Positions 56,971 to 64,000 of a DNA stretch of 64,000 nucleotides are shown one piece after another (positions within the stretch are counted from its first letter, which is position 1; each line of letters starts with the position of its first letter). Under the pieces are notes generated by a model that had not been told where the DNA came from, made no database searches, and worked only from the letters and a program-made list of their open reading frames with translations. A program made the translations under genes and the position numbers. Source of the DNA: Acutalibacteraceae bacterium (lineage in GTDB: Bacteria; Bacillota; Clostridia; Oscillospirales; Acutalibacteraceae); NCBI GenBank assembly GCA_045587685.1, contig JAZNCS010000051.1, positions 17,149 through 81,148 on the forward strand. Direction: 5' to 3'.

Positions 56971-58362
56971 GTGAAAAATTCTGAAAAAAGTATGGAAACG
57001 GTTGTAACACTTGCTAAAGGTCGCGGTTTCGTATACGCAGGAAGTGAAATTTACGGTGGTCTTGCAAACTCTTGGGACTACGGTCCTTTGGGTGTTGAAC
57101 TTAAAAATAACATTAAAAGAGCTTGGTGGAAGAAGTTCGTTCAAGAATGTCCTTACAACGTAGGTCTTGATAGTGCTATTATTATGAACCCTGAAACTTG
57201 GGTAGCTTCAGGTCACTTAGGCGGTTTCTCCGATCCGCTTATGGACTGTAAGAGCTGTAAAACCCGCCATAGAGCTGACAAACTTATTGAAGACTATGTT
57301 GCCGAAAACAATCTTTCGGATAACCCCGCTGCTATGAGTGACGCTGAAATGGCTGAATACATAAAAGAACACAAAATCGCTTGTCCTGACTGCGGTTCAC
57401 ACGATTTTACCGACATTCGTAAGTTTAACCTTATGTTTAAAACTTTCCAAGGCGTTACTGAGGATAGTACTTCTACCCTTTATCTTCGCCCTGAAACCGC
57501 ACAAGGTATTTTTGTAAACTTTAAAAACATTGCGCGTACTTCAAGAAAGAAAGTTCCTTTTGGTGTAGCGCAAATCGGTAAATCATTCCGTAACGAAATC
57601 ACCCCCGGTAACTTTATTTTCCGTACCCGTGAATTCGAACAAATGGAACTTGAATTCTTCTGCAAACCGGGTACCGACTTAGAGTGGTTCGATTTTTGGC
57701 GTTCTTACTGCCGCGATTGGCTTTTAAATCTTGGTATGGATGAAGATAGTCTTCGTCTTCGTGACCACGATAAAGACGAACTTTGTTTCTATTCAAAAGC
57801 TACTACCGACTTTGAATTCTTATTCCCGTTCGGTTGGGGCGAACTTTGGGGCGTGGCTGACCGTACTGATTATGACCTTACTCAACACGCTAACCACTCA
57901 GGCGAAGCAATGGAATATTTTGACCCTGAAACAAACGAAAAATATGTTCCTTATGTAATTGAGCCATCTTTAGGCGCTGACCGTGTACTTTTAGCATTCC
58001 TTTGCAATGCTTACGATGAAGAAATCGATGAAAAGGGTGACACACGCGTTGTTTTACGTTTCCACCCCGCTCTTGCTCCTTTCAAGGCAGCAGTTCTTCC
58101 TCTTTCCAAAAAGCTTTCAGATAAAGCAGGCGAAATTTACTCCGAACTTTCTAAATACTTCTCGGTTGATTTTGACGATGCCGGTTCTATTGGTAAACGT
58201 TACCGCCGCGAAGATGAAATTGGTACTCCTATTTGTATTACTTACGACTTTGACTCGGTCGAAGATAACTGTGTAACAGTTCGCGACCGCGACACTATGG
58301 AACAAAAACGTATTCCTATTTCCGAATTAAAGGAATACATTGAAAACGCTATTGCGTTTTAA
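56971..58362 (+). CDS. glyQS: glycine--tRNA ligase (alpha2 type)
   Basis: GTG start with a [40 protein letters not shown]...[14 protein letters not shown]. Confidence 0.9.
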   Translation: MKNSEKSMETVVTLAKGRGFVYAGSEIYGGLANSWDYGPLGVELKNNIKRAWWKKFVQECPYNVGLDSAIIMNPETWVASGHLGGFSDPLMDCKSCKTRHRADKLIEDYVAENNLSDNPAAMSDAEMAEYIKEHKIACPDCGSHDFTDIRKFNLMFKTFQGVTEDSTSTLYLRPETAQGIFVNFKNIARTSRKKVPFGVAQIGKSFRNEITPGNFIFRTREFEQMELEFFCKPGTDLEWFDFWRSYCRDWLLNLGMDEDSLRLRDHDKDELCFYSKATTDFEFLFPFGWGELWGVADRTDYDLTQHANHSGEAMEYFDPETNEKYVPYVIEPSLGADRVLLAFLCNAYDEEIDEKGDTRVVLRFHPALAPFKAAVLPLSKKLSDKAGEIYSELSKYFSVDFDDAGSIGKRYRREDEIGTPICITYDFDSVEDNCVTVRDRDTMEQKRIPISELKEYIENAIAF

Positions 58363-58373
58363 GGAGAATTTAT

Positions 58374-60113
58374 ATGGAACAAATCTTCACTATGGCAATT
58401 ATGCTTATTAGCGGACTTGTATTTTTCCTTTTTGGTATGAACGTTATGTCCGGTGGTCTTGAAACAATGGCAGGTAGCGGACTTGAAAAAACTATGAATA
58501 AAGTTACTTCTAACGATTTTTCGGGTTTTTTCCTTGGCGCCGGTATTACGGTTGCTATTCAGTCTTCTTCCGCATTTACGGTTATGCTTGTAGGTCTTGT
58601 AAACTCGGGCATTCTTGAGTTTAGCAACACTTTCGGTATGATAATGGGCTCTAACGTTGGCACAACCCTTACCGCTTGGCTTTTAAGTCTTGCAGGGCTT
58701 GAAGGTAATTTCTTTATAACACTTTTAAACCCAAGTTCATTTGCGCCTATTCTTGCAGGTATAGGTATTGTAATGCAAATGTTCTCTAAAAGCGATAAGA
58801 AGAAACAACTCGGCAATATATTTATTGGTTTTTCAATTTTAATTTGCGGTATGGACTTTATGAGTGACTCTATGGTTAGGGTTCGTACCTTAGACGGATT
58901 TGACACCTTCCTTACAACCCTTAAAAGCCCAATTATAGCGCTTTTGGTTTCAACCGCTTTTACCGGTGTTATTCAGTCTTCCGCTGCTACAATAGGTATT
59001 GTTCAAGCGTTAGCACTTGCGGGTGGCATTACTTGGGAAATGGCTATTCCATTAGTACTTGGCGCTAATATCGGTACTTGTGTTACTGCTTTAATAAGTG
59101 GTATAGGCGCAAACAAAAACGCTAAACGTGTTGTTGCTATGCACTTTACCGTTAATGTTTTTGGTTCTATTTTATGTATGATTATAATGTATATAATGAA
59201 AGCGTTTAACGTTACTATTTTGAGTGCTGAAATTGCAATGGTTGGCGTTGCTATAATTCATACATTATTTAACTTTATTAATACAATTATCTTGTTGCCA
59301 ATAAAGAAATGGATTATAGGTTTCTGCATATGGGCTGTTAAAAACGGGGACGAAAAAACCCACACAGTCTTCTTGGACGAGCGTTTGTTCAACACCACTC
59401 CCCTTGCAATTTCAGAATGTAAAAGACTTACTAACGAAATGGCTGAAATTTGCCGCTCATCTATTCTTAAATCAATAGACCTTTTCAATAATTACGACCA
59501 AGAAACTATTGACTTAATCAGAGAAAACGAAACCCTTTCGGATAAATACGAGGATAAGCTTGGCACATATCTTGTTAAGTTAAGTAACAGTGCTCTTTCA
59601 AAGAATGAATCCCACAGTATTGCTCGTATGCTTCACAGTATTGGTGACTTTGAAAGAATCAGCGACCACGCGCTTAACATTTGCAAACTTTCGGAAGAAA
59701 TGCACACAAAAAATATTACTTTCTCAGAAGAGGCTGTTAAGGAACATTCCATTATAGCCAATGCTTTAAGAGAAATTATGGATATGTCGGTTGACTGCTT
59801 TATAAATGACGATGCCGAACTAGCTTCTCACGTAGAACCACTCGAACAAGTTATTGATAAACTCAAAAAGAAACTTAAAGAGCTACATATTGTTCGTTTG
59901 CAAAACGGAGACTGCACTATTGAAAACGGATTCATTTATAGCGATATTCTCTCAAATTATGAGCGTATTTCCGACCATTGTTCAAACATTGCGGTTTATA
60001 CAATGCAGTTACCTTCCGACTTGCTTGATACACATAAATACTTAAATAAGTTTAAAATCAACAGCAACTTCGCTGAAGATTACGATATGTATCTTCATAA
60101 ATATAGAGTTTAA
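58374..60113 (+). CDS. Na/Pi cotransporter family protein with C-terminal PhoU-like repeats
   Basis: FLFGM..M..GL, QSSSA.T repeats, ERISDH twice. Confidence 0.85.
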   Translation: MEQIFTMAIMLISGLVFFLFGMNVMSGGLETMAGSGLEKTMNKVTSNDFSGFFLGAGITVAIQSSSAFTVMLVGLVNSGILEFSNTFGMIMGSNVGTTLTAWLLSLAGLEGNFFITLLNPSSFAPILAGIGIVMQMFSKSDKKKQLGNIFIGFSILICGMDFMSDSMVRVRTLDGFDTFLTTLKSPIIALLVSTAFTGVIQSSAATIGIVQALALAGGITWEMAIPLVLGANIGTCVTALISGIGANKNAKRVVAMHFTVNVFGSILCMIIMYIMKAFNVTILSAEIAMVGVAIIHTLFNFINTIILLPIKKWIIGFCIWAVKNGDEKTHTVFLDERLFNTTPLAISECKRLTNEMAEICRSSILKSIDLFNNYDQETIDLIRENETLSDKYEDKLGTYLVKLSNSALSKNESHSIARMLHSIGDFERISDHALNICKLSEEMHTKNITFSEEAVKEHSIIANALREIMDMSVDCFINDDAELASHVEPLEQVIDKLKKKLKELHIVRLQNGDCTIENGFIYSDILSNYERISDHCSNIAVYTMQLPSDLLDTHKYLNKFKINSNFAEDYDMYLHKYRV

Positions 60114-60117
60114 AATT

Positions 60118-60150
60118 AAAAGCATCTACTTTTCAGTAGATGCTTTTTTA
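60118..60150. terminator. bidirectional terminator
   Basis: AAAAGCATCTACT-TTTC-AGTAGATGCTTTTT. Confidence 0.75.
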
Positions 60151-60477
60151 TTTGTTTTTATACTTTTGTTTTACAAACTGTGCATATTCTTTAAGTTCTT
60201 GCCACATTTCTTCGGTAACAACTGTATCGGCGCCAAAAAGCATTGATTTTAGCGTGTTTTCTTGTGCAACATTCTCCTTGCCTGTGCAAATATATTCAAC
60301 GCTAACATCAAAATAATCGGCAATTTTGCAAAGTGTATCGGTAGAAAGGCTTTTTATTCTTCCCTTTTTATAATCGGTAAGCGAAGAACGCGGTATTTTA
60401 CAGTGACGGCAAAGAGCAGTTATATTAACCCCCTTTTTTCGACATAATTCTTCTATCAAATCATAAACAAATATCAT
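60148..60477 (-). CDS. XRE family HTH repressor-like protein
   Basis: Trimmed to MIFVYDLIEELCRKKGVNITALCRHCKIPRSSLTDYKKG (AAGAGG RBS). Confidence 0.8.
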   Translation of the reverse strand: MIFVYDLIEELCRKKGVNITALCRHCKIPRSSLTDYKKGRIKSLSTDTLCKIADYFDVSVEYICTGKENVAQENTLKSMLFGADTVVTEEMWQELKEYAQFVKQKYKNK

Positions 60478-60491
60478 AATATACCTCTTTT

Positions 60492-60568
60492 TTACTAAAT
60501 TTAGTAATTTTAATCTTGACATTTACTGATTTTAGTATTATAATTCTAAATAATACGAAATTCAGTAA
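60492..60568. promoter_or_regulatory. divergent control region with three 16 bp operator-like palindromes and a consensus promoter
   Basis: TTACTAAATTTAGTAA (60492..60507), TTACTGATTTTAGTAT (60523..60538), and ATACGAAATTCAGTAA (60553..60568), which is the reverse complement of TTACTGAATTTCGTAT. TTGACA 60516..60521 and TATAAT 60539..60544, with site 2 filling the 17 nt spacer. Confidence 0.55.
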
Positions 60569-60625
60569 TTTTATTAGATTATAATACTTTTTTTCGTAAA
60601 AGTCAATACAAAAAGAGGTTTTTTA

Positions 60626-61006
60626 ATGTATGTTTGTAAAAAGTGCGGTTTTGAGTTTAGAACTGCTAAAACCGCTTATCGAAATCACGGGCTTTTAAAC
60701 CCTCCTTATGAAGAAATTTTTGTTTGCCCAAACTGTGAAAGCACTGCCTTTGAAGAAAAAAGGGTGACCCATTGCCGTTGTTGCGGCGCAAAGCTTTTAA
60801 ATAATGAAAAAGAATATTGTAGTGAAAAATGTAAAAAATTAGGATTAGCCCTTCGAAAAAAAGAACAAAAGCGAAGAAAAGAATACCTTGAAAGTCCGAT
60901 TTGCCGAATTGTGAAAGAAGTTGAAATTTATAATAAAACGCACCATACAAATTACAGTTACGGACAATATGTTGCGCTTATTAAACCACGCTTTAAGAAA
61001 AAATGA
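60626..61006 (+). CDS. zinc-ribbon protein (hypothetical)
   Basis: CKKCG...CPNC and CRCCG...C..KC, basic C-terminus. Confidence 0.5.
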   Translation: MYVCKKCGFEFRTAKTAYRNHGLLNPPYEEIFVCPNCESTAFEEKRVTHCRCCGAKLLNNEKEYCSEKCKKLGLALRKKEQKRRKEYLESPICRIVKEVEIYNKTHHTNYSYGQYVALIKPRFKKK

Positions 61007-61314
61007 ACACTGCTAAAAAAGAATACTTAAACCTTTACCTTTTGCAAGAAGTAAAAATTACTCGGCTTGAAAAAATGGCAATACAAAACCCCGCGCAAAA
61101 AGAAAAATTTAACACCCAAATTAAAAAAGCTTTAACTTTACGAGATGAAATTGAAGAAAAAATACGAAATGTAGATAACGCCGTTTTAAGCGAATTGCTT
61201 TTTCAAAAATATATATGCGGCAAAACACTTGAAGAAATCGCCTACATATTAAATTACAGCAAACGGCATATTGAAAGACTGCACATTGAGGCGCTTAAAA
61301 AGTTTCAAATTTAA
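61003..61314 (+). CDS. DUF1492-like small sigma-70 region-4 HTH protein (phage-type transcription factor)
   Basis: ..KEYL....L.......TLEEIAYILNYSKRHIERLHIEALKKF. Confidence 0.6.
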   Translation: MNTAKKEYLNLYLLQEVKITRLEKMAIQNPAQKEKFNTQIKKALTLRDEIEEKIRNVDNAVLSELLFQKYICGKTLEEIAYILNYSKRHIERLHIEALKKFQI

Positions 61315-61354
61315 ATTTTACCACTTTACTTTTTAAATAATATCCCTTATAATT

Positions 61355-61368
61355 AGAACGGATGTTCT
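61355..61368 (+). promoter_or_regulatory. LexA (Cheo-type) box AGAAC-GGAT-GTTCT
   Basis: GAAC-N4-GTTC directly after a TTTACT-17-TATAAT promoter (61325..61353), 17 nt before the dinB start. Confidence 0.6.
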
Positions 61369-61384
61369 AAAAGGAGGGGTTGAA

Positions 61385-62563
61385 ATGAATGACAGAATAA
61401 TTTTACACTGTGACCTTAATAATTTTTTCGCTTCGGTTTCGCTTTTGTTTAACCCCACCCTTAAAGATATGCCGGTTGCGGTTTGCGGGGATAAAGAAAA
61501 TCGCCACGGAATTGTTCTTGCAAAAAACGAAATCGCAAAAAAATATGGCGTAAAAACTGCCGAACCTATTTTTGAGGCTAAAAACAAATGCCCTGACCTT
61601 ATAACTTTACCGCCTATATATAATGAATACGAAAAATACTCAAAAAAAGCACGAGAAATTTACTCGCGTTATACCGATATAATAGAACCCTTTGGGATTG
61701 ATGAATGTTGGCTTGATGTTACGGGTAGCACTGTTCTTTTCGGCAGCGGTGAACAAATTGCAAACAAAATAAAAAACGATATTAAACTCAAACTCGATAT
61801 TACCGCCTCGGTAGGCGTTAGTTTTAACAAAGTTTTTGCAAAATTAGGGTCCGACCTTAAAAAGCCTGACGCCGTTACGGTTATAAGCAAAGAAAATTTT
61901 AAGCAAAAGGTATGGCCGCTCCCTGTTACTGACCTTTTATTTGTAGGCAAAAGTACCGCCGAAAAATTGAAAACCATTGGCATTACGAAAATCGGCGATT
62001 TAATTGACTGCTCGGAAAACACCCTTAAAAAATTGCTTGGCAAAAATGGTTTAGACCTTAAAAATTATGCTTTAGGTTTGGATACTTCGCCCGTTGTTCC
62101 CTACACTCAAAGTTCAAAACCAAAAAGCATTGGTAAATCCGAAACTAAAGGCACCGATTTTTGCACTTATGAAGATGTTTGGAAAGCTTTTTTAACCTTT
62201 AGCCAATCCATTACCGATACCTTGAGAAAGCACGATCTTTACGCAGGTGGAGTTCAGGTGCATATTCGCACTTCTTCTTTAGCGGTTAAAGAATTTAGCC
62301 ACACCTTTAGTGATACTACCAACTGCTCATTAACACTTGCTAAACGCGGTTTCGAACTTTTTAAGGAAAATTACCACTTTTCAGAACCGCTACGTTCGGT
62401 AGGAATAAGAGCAATAAATTTAAAAACAGAAGAAAGCGCCATTCAACAAAATCTTTTTGGTGATGATGAAAAAGACTACCTCGAAAGCCAAATAGAAAAT
62501 TCTATCTATTCGGTACGCGAAAAATTTGGTAAATCAAGTATAAAACGCGGCAGCACTATGTAA
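61385..62563 (+). CDS. dinB: DNA polymerase IV (Y-family)
   Basis: ILHCDLNNFFASV, ..PFGIDECWLDVT.., SVGVSFNKVFAKLGSD.KKP. Confidence 0.9.
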   Translation: MNDRIILHCDLNNFFASVSLLFNPTLKDMPVAVCGDKENRHGIVLAKNEIAKKYGVKTAEPIFEAKNKCPDLITLPPIYNEYEKYSKKAREIYSRYTDIIEPFGIDECWLDVTGSTVLFGSGEQIANKIKNDIKLKLDITASVGVSFNKVFAKLGSDLKKPDAVTVISKENFKQKVWPLPVTDLLFVGKSTAEKLKTIGITKIGDLIDCSENTLKKLLGKNGLDLKNYALGLDTSPVVPYTQSSKPKSIGKSETKGTDFCTYEDVWKAFLTFSQSITDTLRKHDLYAGGVQVHIRTSSLAVKEFSHTFSDTTNCSLTLAKRGFELFKENYHFSEPLRSVGIRAINLKTEESAIQQNLFGDDEKDYLESQIENSIYSVREKFGKSSIKRGSTM

Positions 62564-62626
62564 ATAAAAATGAAATACGACAAGCCCCTCTTTTCATATA
62601 TTTATGTAAAAGGGGCTTGATTTGTT

Positions 62627-63043
62627 ATGTTTTCACTAATTTTAGAAATTCTTTCAAGTATTTACTATTTTGCTTTGCACGTAACAGGTGCCGGGGCTTT
62701 CCCCGCACCACTTTCGGCCGCAAAAGAAACTGAACTTTTAGAAAAAAGCCAAAATGGTGATATTGAGGCCAGAAACACTCTTATTGAACACAATTTGAGA
62801 CTTGTCGCCCACATAGTTAAAAAATATTACAGTAACTCGGGCGACCAAGACGACCTCATTTCCATCGGAACTATAGGCCTTATAAAAGCGGTTTCAACAT
62901 TTAAGTCGGACAAAGGAATCCGCCTTGCTACCTACGCCGCAAGGTGCATTGAAAATGCAACCCTCTCACAAATGAGTTTTTGGTTACGAAAAGAACTCCC
63001 AACTGGAGAATTACCGAACAGACTGCGGAAAATATGTATATAA
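62627..63043 (+). CDS. sigK: 5' segment of sporulation sigma factor K (spoIVCB-like), interrupted after codon 110
   Basis: Pro-sequence plus region 2: ..[52 protein letters not shown]. Then 28 unrelated codons to TAA. The expected continuation (EILMHLR...) is absent from the window. Confidence 0.8.
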   Translation: MFSLILEILSSIYYFALHVTGAGAFPAPLSAAKETELLEKSQNGDIEARNTLIEHNLRLVAHIVKKYYSNSGDQDDLISIGTIGLIKAVSTFKSDKGIRLATYAARCIENATLSQMSFWLRKELPTGELPNRLRKICI

Positions 63044-63558
63044 TGTCGCACACCGAAAACGGCGAAACAAAACATTCCCCCTTATTTGTTTTAAGCTTTA
63101 GACTTATGGCTCCGAGAAAACTGCTCGAAGCACAGTTGTTTAACAAGCAATATCATTCTTACGAGGATATTGATAACATCCCCGACCGCTTACGCTTTTG
63201 CCGACATAAGCTTGGTCTTATGCAAAAGGAAGTGGCGCAGATTGTTGGCATTGCTCGTAGCACATACATAAATCTTGAAACAGGCAATCACAACGGCTTT
63301 GATAAAACCGTAGCGGACAAGCTTTCCAAACTCTATAATATCCCTGTATATGACCTTCTTGATGATTATAACCGCTTTATAGCAGTCGGACAAGGCAAAC
63401 TAATACGAGAGCACCGAGAAAGCCTTAATCTCGGCAAAAGACCGTTTGCAAGGCTTGTTGGCGTAGATGCCAATATGATTAGGCTATGGGAAAGTGAGCG
63501 AAAGCAAATTAGTCTTAAATCTTGGGAGAAATATTTTAAGGATCGCATCACTCTTTAA
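63034..63558 (+). CDS. protein with two XRE-type HTH domains
   Basis: ..[30 protein letters not shown].. and ..[30 protein letters not shown].. Start uncertain (TTG 62980 or ATG 63034). Confidence 0.6.
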   Translation: MYIMSHTENGETKHSPLFVLSFRLMAPRKLLEAQLFNKQYHSYEDIDNIPDRLRFCRHKLGLMQKEVAQIVGIARSTYINLETGNHNGFDKTVADKLSKLYNIPVYDLLDDYNRFIAVGQGKLIREHRESLNLGKRPFARLVGVDANMIRLWESERKQISLKSWEKYFKDRITL

Positions 63559-63604
63559 CGGACGACCGCCTCACATTTTTGTGAGGCGGTCAACTTGTTT
63601 CAGA

Positions 63605-63817
63605 CTACTTTTTCTGTTCAGCTTTAATCTGTTCTTTTGTATCTTTTATAATCGCATTAAGCAGTCTTTCCTTTTCTCTGATTGGGCAATCTAACTTAGA
63701 AATGCTATTAAGTACTCCATCGGCGTGAACACCGGCTACACGCCGTCTTAGTTCACGCCATCCTTCTTCTGTCGTGGGATAGTGGACAATAACGTTAATC
63801 GGTGCAAATGTCTTCAT
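63605..63817 (-). CDS. small hypothetical protein of mobile-element type (70 aa)
   Basis: GGAGG RBS. No family assigned with confidence. Confidence 0.45.
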   Translation of the reverse strand: MKTFAPINVIVHYPTTEEGWRELRRRVAGVHADGVLNSISKLDCPIREKERLLNAIIKDTKEQIKAEQKK

Positions 63818-64000
63818 ACCGAGAACCTCCTATGTGCATAAACTATATGCGCGAAGTGTTGTCCGCTATTCCTATGTTTATTTACGAAAGTTGCCCAAAT
63901 CAGATGATGCATATAAAAATACATCATAAGATTTCCTTTCTACATATCTCAATTAAAACTTCTCCTTCTTGTCCTTGCCTTTGAGTTTTGCAAGGTATGT

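Larger units (their letters stand above)
62957..64000. mobile_element. left end of a sigK-intervening (skin-like) element, continues beyond the window
   Basis: SigK homology stops at 62956. Downstream genes are HTH and mobile-element-type small proteins. Confidence 0.6.

Noticed and set aside
63953-64000. Minus-strand reading frame entering from beyond the window end (..TYLAKLKGKDKKEKF-stop)
   Set aside because: Only 15 codons are visible, which is too short to call.
1-64000. CRISPR arrays, rRNA genes, transposases or integrases
   Set aside because: None were found by reading both strands. The only repeat families seen are those reported above.

Overview
AT-rich chromosomal segment, probably from a spore-forming member of the Clostridia. 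Supporting genes: pro-sigma-K, yaaT/ricT, a clostridial 2x[4Fe-4S] ferredoxin, rex and reverse rubrerythrin. Gene order from start to end follows. (1) A minus-strand operon in which L-lactate dehydrogenase leads hdrB-hdrC-hdrA-mvhD and a further Fe-S gene that runs off the window. It sits behind a near-consensus Rex operator. (2) glgP-malQ, a radical-SAM pair (TIGR03960/TIGR03936), an M50 protease, ygiQ, rex, perR-rubrerythrin, a PepSY lipoprotein and a hairpin-flanked DUF559 endonuclease gene. (3) A rhamnosidase-like gene followed by a roughly 14 kb glycyl-radical-enzyme bacterial microcompartment locus. It holds the GRE and its activase, eight shell genes, a class II aldolase, Zn-ADH, DUF336, PduS/PduT-like genes, DeoR, a CoA-acylating aldehyde dehydrogenase and PduL. 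At least five cargo proteins carry encapsulation-peptide-like helices. (4) A P-type Ca-ATPase, then a small accessory islet abutting the 3' end of tmRNA (ssrA-smpB). The islet contains a DUF4234 membrane protein, a four-helix-bundle protein and a 176 nt array of six 9-mers interleaved with seven mini-hairpins. (5) Ferredoxin, yaaT, holB, trpS, an HD phosphohydrolase, yfhO, a GldA/F/G-type ABC system (the gldG-like gene has a stop at codon 3), rplM-rpsI and hppA. (6) tRNA-Gly(UCC), whose 3' end is duplicated 197 bp downstream around a GC-rich insert, then queT, a sugar transferase, glyQS and a Na/Pi transporter. (7) A phage-like XRE switch with three operators, a LexA-boxed dinB, and a sigK gene whose homology breaks after codon 110 where a mobile (skin-like) element begins and runs off the window. 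No CRISPR array, rRNA or recognisable riboswitch was seen. All calls come from reading the sequence and recalling family motifs; no database search was run.
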